From IMG/VR virus record IMGVR_UViG_3300002835_000124: a stretch of 64,000 nucleotides of DNA; one strand, 5' to 3'. The stretch is from an uncultured virus (IMG/VR IMGVR_UViG_3300002835_000124) (lineage: Duplodnaviria > Heunggongvirae > Uroviricota > Caudoviricetes). The position numbers were made by a program, and so were the translations under genes. This document shows, piece by piece, positions 41,517-49,757 of this stretch; positions within the stretch are counted from its first letter, which is position 1, and the number at the start of each line of letters is the position of its first letter. The notes below the pieces were generated by a model that was not told the DNA's origin, did not search any database, and worked only from the letters and a program-made list of their open reading frames with translations.

Positions 41517-44174
41517 TTGATTAATCTCAAACAAAAAATAACTTTAGCGTTTGGGGTGGGATTATTTTTAACAGTTTTTGGAATTATGGCACCAGATCAT
41601 GCTGGGGCTACAGATAATCAAGAGCAGGTCATTGTCAGCCCTGCCCAACAAGCAGTTAATTCAGCCCTTGAAACGGCTACTGTGCAGGTTCAGCAAGCCA
41701 TAGCAGCCACAGACACAGCCACTGCCACTATAGCAGTAGCAGTTGCTGAAAGGGTAGAGGCTCAGGCAGCGGTGGATACATTAACAGCCACAGTATCAGT
41801 AGCACAATCAAATGTAGTCTTAGTAGACACAGCAACCGCTACAATTGGTGCAATAGATTTATCTGTTACACCAGTAGATCAAAGTTCGCAAGTGGTTCAA
41901 GATGCTAAAGATACTATTGTTACAGCCCAAAACTCTATAAATAATATTGATACAGCCACTGCACAGGTTGAAGTATCACAAGTTTCTTTAGCAAAAACAG
42001 CAGCAGCGACAGCGCAAGCCACTGCACAAACTGAACTTACTCAAGCAAATATAGCAATTGATAATGCTCAAACTGCAGTCAATAATTTACAGGCAACTAT
42101 CGGATCAACAACAAATGTTCTTTCTGGAGTAGATGATGCTGGTGTTCAAATGAATCTTCCATTCGGAATGCAAATGGGTGGAACTGTTTACAATAATGTA
42201 TTTGTTGGATCAAATGCAACAATAACATTTGGAACAAATGAAGGATGGGTTTATCATACAACTCCAGGCGCACCTTCAGTATCTATTGCTGGATGGGACT
42301 GGACTACTTGGAGTACAGGAACTGGAATTACATATTCAACTACTGGAACAAGTTTAGATATTGCTTGGGATTTAAGACCATTTCCACAACAAGATGCTTC
42401 TACTCAAATGGTTCAGGTAAGATTTAATGCTGATGTAAATCCAAATGATGGTGCTTGGATGGCAAATGTAACTGCTAATGGACCAATACCAGATCAAGCG
42501 AGATTTAATGTTAGAGAAACAACTAACGGTGCACTCATTCCAATTACAGATACTAATGTTGGAGCAGGTTTTGCTGGACAAATAAGTCAAGGTGCAACAT
42601 TTACTCCGTATGTAGATCCAAACACAGAAACAGTTCAAGCAGCAGTTGATGCAGCAAACGCTACAATTGCACAGTTAAACTCAAGTCTTACTCCAGTAGT
42701 TGCTCAAAATACTACAAACACATTAGCAATAAATGCTATTAATACAACATCTTTAACTAATGCCGTAAACTCAGCGGTATCTAGTAAAACAAACTTACAA
42801 ACACAATTAAATACAAATGCTCAAGAGTTAATTACTGCAATTAGTAACAACATTCCAACCCCTGCCCCAGTAATTTCAGAGGCAGTAGTTCAGGGTACAA
42901 CAGTTACTATAGCACCAGAACTTCCAACAGGATATGCAGCCAATACTTGGTTTTATCAAGTAGCAACAAATGATCCAAATGCAGAAAACCCATATGCTGG
43001 TGGAACATATAATACAGATGGTGCTCCAGAGTCTATTGAATTAACTGGTTTAACGGAAGGTGCTACATACTCTATTAGAGTTGCTAACTGGTCTGGACCT
43101 GTAAGTGAGTATACAGAGGTTGTTATTTCTATACCCGCACCAGAGCCAGTCGTAGTTGTTCCATCACAACCAGTTTTTATTTCTGTGCCTGATATTCCTC
43201 AACAAACTGTACCAGACGAGACCATTCCAACTGAAGAGGATAATACAGTAATAGAAGATATTCCTGTTGAGGAAACTCCTGTTGAAGAGGTTCCTGTTGA
43301 AGAATTGCCTGTTGAAGAAATTCCTGTTGAAGAAATTCCTGTTGAAGAAGTGCCTTCCGAAGAGCCTGAATCTCCCGAAACGGATACACCTGAATCTGAT
43401 GAATCTTCATCCAACGATGAACTAGAAAATATTCTTGAAGAAAATCAGGATTCTTTTGAAGAAATAGCACAAGATAATGATACCTTATCTGTAGAAGAGG
43501 TACAAGATATAGTTAGTGATTTAGTTTCAGATAGTGGTTTAGATGCATCTGAAGTTACAGAAGTTTTAGAAGCAATTGCAAATGGTAAAGAAGTATCTGA
43601 AGAAGTTGCTGCTGAAGTTTCATCTACATTATCAGAAGGTGGATTAACAGAAGCAGAAGCAGAGTTTATTACAGAAATGTTGTCTGCAGATGGAGAAATA
43701 ACAACTGCAGAAGTTATTAATTTATCTGAAGCATTATCTGAAGATGGTAAATTTACCTTAGCAGAAAAAGATTTGGTTGCAGATGTTTTAATTGAATCTG
43801 CAGAAGGAGCACCAGTTGAATCCTCTTCCATAGAAGCGGCGGGACTTGAATATCGTGATCTTCCACCATTAATTCCAGTAGAGGTAAGAGAAGATGCTAA
43901 CGGTAACCCTGTGGTCATTACTGCAGAAGTAGCATCTGCATTGCTTGTGTTAGAAAGTCCTGCAGCATTATTAGATGCGGTTGCTACTTGTTTTAATCCA
44001 GATGAAGCAATTGAAGGTTTGACAGAAGAGCAAAAATGTGAGTTGGGTAAAGCCTTACTTAGCATAGGTGCTGATATGTCTATTCCAGAACGTGAAAAAG
44101 CAGAAGATATTGTAGTTGTAACAATTATTGCTGGTCAAATAATTGTTGCTGCTGCACCTAGGAGAAGGAGATAA
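41517..44174 (+). CDS. Large secreted acidic protein with FN3-like domain, PVEE repeats and C-terminal membrane anchor
   Basis: Signal peptide, Ala/Thr coiled region, LTGLTEGATYSIRV FN3 motif, acidic repeats, IVVVTIIAGQIIVAAAPRRRR end; TGgTATAAT at 41472. Confidence 0.75.
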   Translation: MINLKQKITLAFGVGLFLTVFGIMAPDHAGATDNQEQVIVSPAQQAVNSALETATVQVQQAIAATDTATATIAVAVAERVEAQAAVDTLTATVSVAQSNVVLVDTATATIGAIDLSVTPVDQSSQVVQDAKDTIVTAQNSINNIDTATAQVEVSQVSLAKTAAATAQATAQTELTQANIAIDNAQTAVNNLQATIGSTTNVLSGVDDAGVQMNLPFGMQMGGTVYNNVFVGSNATITFGTNEGWVYHTTPGAPSVSIAGWDWTTWSTGTGITYSTTGTSLDIAWDLRPFPQQDASTQMVQVRFNADVNPNDGAWMANVTANGPIPDQARFNVRETTNGALIPITDTNVGAGFAGQISQGATFTPYVDPNTETVQAAVDAANATIAQLNSSLTPVVAQNTTNTLAINAINTTSLTNAVNSAVSSKTNLQTQLNTNAQELITAISNNIPTPAPVISEAVVQGTTVTIAPELPTGYAANTWFYQVATNDPNAENPYAGGTYNTDGAPESIELTGLTEGATYSIRVANWSGPVSEYTEVVISIPAPEPVVVVPSQPVFISVPDIPQQTVPDETIPTEEDNTVIEDIPVEETPVEEVPVEELPVEEIPVEEIPVEEVPSEEPESPETDTPESDESSSNDELENILEENQDSFEEIAQDNDTLSVEEVQDIVSDLVSDSGLDASEVTEVLEAIANGKEVSEEVAAEVSSTLSEGGLTEAEAEFITEMLSADGEITTAEVINLSEALSEDGKFTLAEKDLVADVLIESAEGAPVESSSIEAAGLEYRDLPPLIPVEVREDANGNPVVITAEVASALLVLESPAALLDAVATCFNPDEAIEGLTEEQKCELGKALLSIGADMSIPEREKAEDIVVVTIIAGQIIVAAAPRRRR
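43263..43355 (+). repeat. Six 15-bp coding tandem repeats (PVEEx)
   Basis: cctgttgaRgaRNNN units. Confidence 0.85.
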
Positions 44175-44176
44175 AA

Positions 44177-44353
44177 ATGAAAAAGTTGAAAGAATGGGGC
44201 ATGGCAATCCTCAATGAAAACTTTACATTTCTTGGCTTCTTTGTGGCATGGGTGGTTTTAGAGGGTAGCGCAAAGACGGTGGTTGGGTATGTAACCCTAG
44301 CATCAGTAGCCATATGGTTTGCAACCATAGGAATCCGTAAAGAAGAAGAGTAA
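44177..44353 (+). CDS. Small two-TM membrane protein (58 aa, not in the ORF track)
   Basis: MKKLKEWGMAILNENFTFLGFFVAWVVLEGSAKTVVGYVTLASVAIWFATIGIRKEEE; SD AAGGAG. Confidence 0.75.
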   Translation: MKKLKEWGMAILNENFTFLGFFVAWVVLEGSAKTVVGYVTLASVAIWFATIGIRKEEE

Positions 44354-44374
44354 TAGTATAGTATAATGGAGGTT

Positions 44375-44599
44375 ATGAAAACCTTTCGTAACCTATCATT
44401 AATTTCAGTACTAATATTTTCATTGGCTGGATGTGGCTATCAAGGTTTCTATAGATATCCTTGTCAAAATCCTGACAATTGGGAGAAGGCTGAATGCAAT
44501 CCCCCAATTTGTGAAGCATCTGGAACATGTACAAAAGATATGATTAAGATAGACACAAAAATAGACATAAATACAACAGGGGGAACAAATAATGGCTAA
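44375..44599 (+). CDS. Cys-rich lipoprotein
   Basis: Lipobox LAGC followed by YRYPCQ...ECNPPICEASGTC. Confidence 0.7.
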   Translation: MKTFRNLSLISVLIFSLAGCGYQGFYRYPCQNPDNWEKAECNPPICEASGTCTKDMIKIDTKIDINTTGGTNNG

Positions 44600-44999
44600 A
44601 GAAAAACTATCTCCACAAGATTTAGACGCAAGATTAAAGTTTATATTAGGTATTACATTAGGATCAATTTTATTTCTTACTTCAGTAGGAATTTTATATG
44701 GTCTTTTATTTGTGTCGCAACCTATCGGCGCACAGTCTGAAAATGACAAGATGTTTTTTAACGTTTTAGGTAGCGTTGCTACTTTTATTACAGGAACACT
44801 TGCAGGACTTCTTATTGGTCAGTCTGGTGCTAAAGATGTAATGTCAGCACAATTAGCCAATAAAGAAATGGATGCAAAAAATACACAAGCAGACAAAAAA
44901 TTAGAGGCAGAAATTGATGCAACAGCAGCACGTCTAGCAGCAAAGCCAGATGGTGCAATGCCAGAAGAACAACCAGTTGATACAGATTGGGATAAATAA
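44592..44999 (+). CDS. Two-TM membrane protein (holin-like)
   Basis: Two hydrophobic segments; directly before the endolysin. Confidence 0.55.
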   Translation: MAKEKLSPQDLDARLKFILGITLGSILFLTSVGILYGLLFVSQPIGAQSENDKMFFNVLGSVATFITGTLAGLLIGQSGAKDVMSAQLANKEMDAKNTQADKKLEAEIDATAARLAAKPDGAMPEEQPVDTDWDK

Positions 45000-45001
45000 A
45001 A

Positions 45002-45577
45002 ATGGCAGATCAAGGTACAGCAGCACGTTTAATTGAAGTTGCTACAGCAGAGGTAGGAACCATTGAAGGGCCTAAAGATAATGAAACTAAATATGGCGCC
45101 TATACAAAGGCTAACTTTCAGCCATGGTGCGGATCATTTGTTAACTGGTGTGCTAATGAGGCAGGGGTAAAAGTTCCAAACACTGTTTATACTCCAGGTG
45201 GAGCACAAGCATTTAAAAAGGCTGGGTCTTGGATTGATGGAGACTTGGCAGATCCAGAGCCAGGAGATATTGCCTATTTTGATTTTCCATCAGATGGTGT
45301 TGATAGGATTAGTCACGTAGGAATTGTCGTAAAAGATAATGAAGATGGAACAGTCTGGTGCATTGAAGGAAATACCAGCCCTGATGAAAAAGGTAGCCAA
45401 CGTAATGGTGGCCAAGTATCTAAAAAACTTCGTGCATATAAGAAAAATAAAAAAAATATAATGGTTTCTATTGTAGGGTTTGGTAGACCTAAGTTTGGCT
45501 CTGCCCCTGCGGGTACTACTAAAAAGGCTGCTGCTAAGCCTAAAACATGCTCAGCATGTGGTCAAACTATTAAATAA
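45002..45577 (+). CDS. Endolysin, CHAP domain
   Basis: PWCGSFVNW, PGDIAYFD, SHVGIV, IEGNT. Confidence 0.9.
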   Translation: MADQGTAARLIEVATAEVGTIEGPKDNETKYGAYTKANFQPWCGSFVNWCANEAGVKVPNTVYTPGGAQAFKKAGSWIDGDLADPEPGDIAYFDFPSDGVDRISHVGIVVKDNEDGTVWCIEGNTSPDEKGSQRNGGQVSKKLRAYKKNKKNIMVSIVGFGRPKFGSAPAGTTKKAAAKPKTCSACGQTIK

Positions 45578-45583
45578 AGGTCT

Positions 45584-45612
45584 TTGACTAAGTAAAAATG
45601 GTTTGGTATACT
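45584..45612 (+). promoter_or_regulatory. Sigma-A-type promoter
   Basis: TTGACT-N17-TATACT with an extended TG. Confidence 0.7.
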
Positions 45613-45640
45613 TAAATAGTATATTCTAGGGGGATTTTTT

Positions 45641-46171
45641 ATGACTGTTCTGGCCGTTGTTCGTGATTCAGCAACTAACAAAATATATATGGCTGGTGAA
45701 CGTGGTGCCTCAGATGATAACACCATACTTTCTTTGACTGCTCCAAAAGTTTGGAAACTTGGCCCATATTTACTTGGATATGCAGGATCATTAGATGGAG
45801 AACGTATTCGGTATAATTTTAATCCGTATGTGCCAGATATAAAAGATTTAGATAAGTTTATGCAAACTAAATTTATTAAACAATTAAAAAATTTTTATAA
45901 TGACTGGTGGGTTGATACTGGTAAAGAGGCTGATCTTGGTTTAATTATTTGTATAAAGGGACAAATATATGAACACAATGCAGTTGATATGTCTTTATCT
46001 AAATATAATTTAGATTATTTAGCAATGGGGTCTGGGGCTGAATATGCTTATGGTTATTTACATGCTACAGAAAAATCTAAAGATGCTCGTAAAAGAGTGG
46101 TTGGAGCAGTAAATGCTGCTATTAAATTTAGTCCAACTTGCATGGGCCCAGTTGACGTAGTAAGCATTTAA
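45641..46171 (+). CDS. Ntn-hydrolase, HslV/proteasome-beta-like peptidase
   Basis: N-terminal (M)T, KVWK, GYAGS, AMGSGAEYAYG. Confidence 0.75.
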   Translation: MTVLAVVRDSATNKIYMAGERGASDDNTILSLTAPKVWKLGPYLLGYAGSLDGERIRYNFNPYVPDIKDLDKFMQTKFIKQLKNFYNDWWVDTGKEADLGLIICIKGQIYEHNAVDMSLSKYNLDYLAMGSGAEYAYGYLHATEKSKDARKRVVGAVNAAIKFSPTCMGPVDVVSI

Positions 46172-46180
46172 AGGTATACT
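46152..46180 (+). promoter_or_regulatory. Sigma-A-type promoter, leaderless geometry
   Basis: TTGACG-N17-TATACT, 6 nt before ATG 46187. Confidence 0.7.
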
Positions 46181-46186
46181 TACAAT

Positions 46187-46393
46187 ATGAATCATTCATA
46201 TAAAGAAGATTTGTCTCCAGAAGAGACAGAATTTGGTATCTGGCTTGAAAACGGTATTGAAAGAGGTTGGGTAACACCACCTTATTGCAATACACATGAT
46301 GGTGGATACGAATATATGGGGGAAGAAGAGCAAGAAGAGTGGGAAGCAGGAGGCGACCCATGTTGTCATGTCATCAGATTGATGATATCTTAA
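46187..46393 (+). CDS. Conserved small hypothetical protein
   Basis: WLENGIERGW..PYCNTHDG...GGDPCCHVIRL. Confidence 0.7.
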   Translation: MNHSYKEDLSPEETEFGIWLENGIERGWVTPPYCNTHDGGYEYMGEEEQEEWEAGGDPCCHVIRLMIS

Positions 46394-46408
46394 AAACTAA
46401 GGGGTAAA

Positions 46409-47089
46409 ATGAAACTAAAAAATAAGGTTATTGGTACAATTTTTGGGGTAATTGCTTCATCTTTTGTATTTATTTCAGTTCCAGTTGCAGCAAATGCAGG
46501 AGAATGTTCTGTAGCAGATCCATGTCACACTTATGCAGTTCTAGATAATTCTGGAGTTGTGACTAACGTTATTGTGTGTCAACCATCATTTTGCGGTAGT
46601 GGAACTCTTCCAGATGGTACTAGAGTAGTTCCACAAGTAGCAGCAAGTTCCACTGGACAAAATCAAGGTGGACACTATAATCATTCTAATACTCCAGGAA
46701 AAGATGTTGTTTATTCTAGTGGATCATTTACAATTAATAATGAAGTTGTTGTTGATAAAGTAGATGTTATTACAAATACAACAAATACTGAAACAAGCAC
46801 TGTTTCCGTTACTATATCCGAAGGAAATCAAAAGAGTTTTTCTTATGAAGATACAATTGGAAAAACTTTTGATCAAATTGAACTTAAGACTTTACCACTT
46901 AAAGATAGTGTTACTGCAGTTGTTAGTGCAACCGAAGTAACTAGTACATCTACAAGAACAGAATCAACAATATTTGCAGAAAGAAAAACTGCAGAAGAAG
47001 TTTCCTCTATACTTATAGAACGAAATCTTACTTTGTTGCAATCAAAAATTAGTAGATTGTTAATACTTTTAGACGGTTGGACTAAGTAA
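46409..47089 (+). CDS. Secreted Thr/Ser-rich hypothetical protein
   Basis: Signal peptide ending VAANA; Cys pairs. Confidence 0.65.
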   Translation: MKLKNKVIGTIFGVIASSFVFISVPVAANAGECSVADPCHTYAVLDNSGVVTNVIVCQPSFCGSGTLPDGTRVVPQVAASSTGQNQGGHYNHSNTPGKDVVYSSGSFTINNEVVVDKVDVITNTTNTETSTVSVTISEGNQKSFSYEDTIGKTFDQIELKTLPLKDSVTAVVSATEVTSTSTRTESTIFAERKTAEEVSSILIERNLTLLQSKISRLLILLDGWTK

Positions 47090-47107
47090 TAATAACTAAA
47101 TAGTGTT

Positions 47108-47181
47108 GCGGATATTGCATAGTGGTAGTGCGTAACCTTGCCAAGGTTAATGTGCGGGTCCGATTCCCGCTATCCGCTCCA
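47108..47181 (+). tRNA. tRNA-Gly (GCC)
   Basis: Acceptor GCGGATA/TATCCGC, anticodon loop TTGCCAA, encoded CCA; T-loop TCCGATT is atypical. Confidence 0.9.
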
Positions 47182-47182
47182 T

Positions 47183-47254
47183 GCCCTCATCGTCTAGTGG
47201 TCAGGACATCACCCTTTCACGGTGGTAGCAGGGGTTCAATTCCCCTTGGGGGTA
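47183..47254 (+). tRNA. tRNA-Glu (TTC)
   Basis: Anticodon loop CTTTCAC, T-arm AGGGG-TTCAATT-CCCCT; no encoded CCA. Confidence 0.9.
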
Positions 47255-47256
47255 CT

Positions 47257-47328
47257 GCCTCCTTAACTCAGTGGTAGAGTACCCGCCTTGTAAGCGGGTT
47301 GTCGTAGGTTCAAATCCTACAGGGGGCT
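47257..47328 (+). tRNA. tRNA-Thr (TGT)
   Basis: Anticodon arm CCCGC-CTTGTAA-GCGGG, T-arm GTAGG-TTCAAAT-CCTAC. Confidence 0.92.
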
Positions 47329-47335
47329 CAACAAG

Positions 47336-47405
47336 TGATATAATAGGATTGTATCTGCCAAATGGAGATACAAAAAATGAAACTCGCTGAAAAGGAGAAT
47401 ATAAC
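47336..47405 (+). promoter_or_regulatory. hsp20 promoter and ROSE-like 5' UTR
   Basis: TGaTATAAT at 47336-47344; hairpin at 47351-47371; CTCGCT-GAAA-AGGAG hairpin over the SD. Confidence 0.55.
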
Positions 47406-47837
47406 ATGGTAAGTTCATTTGCACTGGATCTTTTTAAGGATCCTTTTTTTATTGGTTTCAACAGAGAGTTAGACCGTTTAAATGCAGTACATAATCTGGC
47501 AACTCGTCAGGCATATCCGCCATATGACATTTTAAAATTAGATGAAGACACATATAAGTTGTCTTTAGCAGTTGCTGGATTCTCTAAAGATGATATCAAT
47601 GTTTCTGTAGATAATGGAACATTAATTATTAAAGGAGAACTTATAGAGGTAGCAGATGCAGAAATTGTTCATAAAGGAATTGCTGGTCGTAAGTTTACCC
47701 GCACATTCGCTCTTGGTGAATATATGGAAGTAACTGGTGCTGAAATGAAAGATGGTATGTTGCATATTGACATTGATCGCATTATTCCAGAAGATAAAAA
47801 GCCAAAAGAAATTGCTATCAAGGTTGCAAAAAAGTAA
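47406..47837 (+). CDS. Small heat shock protein (Hsp20/IbpA family)
   Basis: IGFNR, YPPYDI, LAVAGF, HKGIAGRKFTRTF, MKDGMLHI. Confidence 0.95.
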   Translation: MVSSFALDLFKDPFFIGFNRELDRLNAVHNLATRQAYPPYDILKLDEDTYKLSLAVAGFSKDDINVSVDNGTLIIKGELIEVADAEIVHKGIAGRKFTRTFALGEYMEVTGAEMKDGMLHIDIDRIIPEDKKPKEIAIKVAKK

Positions 47838-47852
47838 CTAAAACTGTATAAT
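47824..47852 (+). promoter_or_regulatory. Sigma-A-type promoter
   Basis: TTGCAA-N17-TATAAT. Confidence 0.65.
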
Positions 47853-47860
47853 ATATAGTA

Positions 47861-47887
47861 GACCTGAGCATGTCCATAAACTGCTTA
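47861..47887 (+). ncRNA. Putative compact H-type pseudoknot in a 5' leader
   Basis: GAC/GTC stem; loop TGAGCA pairs with downstream TGCTTA across a CATAAAC linker. Confidence 0.4.
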
Positions 47888-47911
47888 TTATTTTTAAAAA
47901 GGAGTTATTAG

Positions 47912-48085
47912 ATGCCAAGATATGACTATAAATGTTCTGTTTGTAGTGCACAAATTGAATTTGAAAAATTAATTGGCGACGAACAATTTCCAATATGTTG
48001 TAATGAATCTATGCAAAGAGTATGGAGTTCTCCAGGTATAATTTTTAATGGCCGTGGCTTCTATAGCACCGATAACAGAAAGTAG
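47912..48085 (+). CDS. FmdB-family zinc-ribbon protein (57 aa, not in the ORF track)
   Basis: MPRYDYKCSVC...CCNESMQRVWSSPGIIFNGRGFYSTD; SD AAGGAG. Confidence 0.85.
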   Translation: MPRYDYKCSVCSAQIEFEKLIGDEQFPICCNESMQRVWSSPGIIFNGRGFYSTDNRK

Positions 48086-48100
48086 ATGTATAATAATACT

Positions 48101-48340
48101 ATGAATAGTGCAATTAAAGATCATCCAAGTGTAAAACCTAAAGTATGGCTTTTAGATGCAACAGATCGTTGTGACTCATGCGCTGCACAGGCATATGTTA
48201 AAGTAATTGGTAATTCAGGAGAATTACTTTTCTGTAGCCATCATTATAATAAAATTATGGACAATGCAGTTGGCTATGACAAAATGATGAAGTTTATGGT
48301 TGAAATTATTGATGAAAGAGAAAGATTAATAAAAGAATGA
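48101..48340 (+). CDS. Small Zn-binding hypothetical protein
   Basis: DRCDSCAAQAYV...LLFCSHH; TATAAT 6 nt before ATG 48101. Confidence 0.7.
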   Translation: MNSAIKDHPSVKPKVWLLDATDRCDSCAAQAYVKVIGNSGELLFCSHHYNKIMDNAVGYDKMMKFMVEIIDERERLIKE

Positions 48341-49047
48341 CACTTAATGACACAAATGTAGATTCCTCACTTTTAATTGAAGAAGTTAAGTTATTAAATT
48401 CACAATTATATAATCTTTTATACAAACGTGTTCCACTTGTTTTATCTAATAGAGCAGTTGAAAAGTCTGCTGATTATGCAGAAAATAATATGCCTGGAGC
48501 AACAATCTTTAGCGGTAGCCATAAGCCAAGCATGTGGCAATGTGCAGTTTCTAAAATAAAAATAGATGGTCATATAGCAGAATTTGGAGTTTTTCAAGGA
48601 GTATCAATTAATTTTTTGGCAAAATTAATTTATCCTAAAAAAATTTTTGGTTTTGACTCATTTAGAGGACTAGAAGAAGACTATGTTTTAGATCATTATA
48701 AAGGAAGTTTTGATCAAAATGGAGTTATTCCAAATGTAGATGAAAATGTTTGTTTGGTCAAAGGATCTTTTTCTGAAAGTTTGCCAAAATGGTTAAATAA
48801 CAATAAAGGTGTATTTTCATTAATTAATATAGATTGTGATACTTATGAGTCCACATTGACTGTACTTAATGAAATTGGACCAAGCAGGATTGTCCCTGGA
48901 ACTCTTATTTTGTTTGATGAATATTTTGGTTTTCATGGTTGGGAAAATTGTGAATTTAAAGCATGGCAAGAATATTGTAAAAAAAATAACATAAACTATA
49001 AATATATTGCTGTATGTCAAATGCAAGTCTTAATAGAAGTGTTATAA
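48337..49047 (+). CDS. TylF/MycF/NovP-like O-methyltransferase
   Basis: AEFGVFQG, GFDSFRGL, KGSFSESL, NIDCDTYES, ILFDEY. Confidence 0.85.
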   Translation: MTLNDTNVDSSLLIEEVKLLNSQLYNLLYKRVPLVLSNRAVEKSADYAENNMPGATIFSGSHKPSMWQCAVSKIKIDGHIAEFGVFQGVSINFLAKLIYPKKIFGFDSFRGLEEDYVLDHYKGSFDQNGVIPNVDENVCLVKGSFSESLPKWLNNNKGVFSLINIDCDTYESTLTVLNEIGPSRIVPGTLILFDEYFGFHGWENCEFKAWQEYCKKNNINYKYIAVCQMQVLIEVL

Positions 49048-49080
49048 TATATTAATTACTAGAAAAGTCAGGGAAATAAC

Positions 49081-49488
49081 ATGTATGAGTATTTTGTAAA
49101 AGAAGTAAAAAATGTTGTTGATGGAGATACCATTGATGTAATTATTGATTTAGGTTTTGATATTTTATTTTCATCCCGTGTTCGTTTGGCTGGCATTGAT
49201 ACGCCAGAGTCACGTACAAAAGACAAGGTTGAAAAAGTTCTTGGTCTTGAATCTAAAGAATATTTAAAAAAACAACTTAAGGATGCAAAGTCTGTAGTTA
49301 TTCGTACAGAAAAAATGAACTCGTCTGAAAAGTATGGACGCATTCTTGGTTGGATATACATTAATGGAGAGTCTGAATCAATTAATAATAAGATGATTAA
49401 CGATGGATATGCTTGGGGATATCTTGGGGAAACTAAGATTAAAGATTTTGAAGTTCTTAAAAAGGCTAGATCAAAGTCTGGCAAATGA
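49081..49488 (+). CDS. Thermonuclease (SNase-like)
   Basis: VVDGDTID, RVRLAGIDTPE, KYGRILG. Confidence 0.92.
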   Translation: MYEYFVKEVKNVVDGDTIDVIIDLGFDILFSSRVRLAGIDTPESRTKDKVEKVLGLESKEYLKKQLKDAKSVVIRTEKMNSSEKYGRILGWIYINGESESINNKMINDGYAWGYLGETKIKDFEVLKKARSKSGK

Positions 49489-49757
49489 AAAACGTTTTTT
49501 ATTTTACAGCAGACTGGTGTAATCCTTGTAAAAAAACAAGACCAGTTGTTGAGGAATTAAAAAAAGAAGGTTTTCAATTTCAAATGATAGATGTTGATTA
49601 CGAACAACTTTTGGCTAAACAATTTCAGGTTAAATCAATTCCTACATTTATTTTATTAGAAGACGGCAAAGAACTTGATCGTGTAACTGGGGCACAGACA
49701 AGGAAAGAGTTGGAGAATTTTATTAATTATGAAAAAACTATTCAAGAGAATATTTAA
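49485..49757 (+). CDS. Thioredoxin
   Basis: FTADWCNPCK, VKSIPTF. Confidence 0.92.
   Translation: MKNVFYFTADWCNPCKKTRPVVEELKKEGFQFQMIDVDYEQLLAKQFQVKSIPTFILLEDGKELDRVTGAQTRKELENFINYEKTIQENI

Noticed and set aside
43263..43355. Tandem repeats as a possible mini-CRISPR or regulatory array
   Set aside because: They are 15-bp in-frame units with no spacers and encode PVEEx inside a CDS.
47329..47350. tRNA-associated HDV-like (theta) ribozyme after the tRNAs
   Set aside because: The tRNA trailers are 1-2 nt or run straight into the hsp20 promoter, leaving no room for the nested double pseudoknot.
47201..47461. 86-aa minus-strand ORF
   Set aside because: It is the antisense shadow of the tRNA-Glu/Thr genes and the hsp20 start.
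47861..47887. Pseudoknot as a hammerhead or pistol ribozyme
   Set aside because: It has CUGAGCA rather than CUGANGA with GAAA, and the extra helices needed for either catalytic core are absent.
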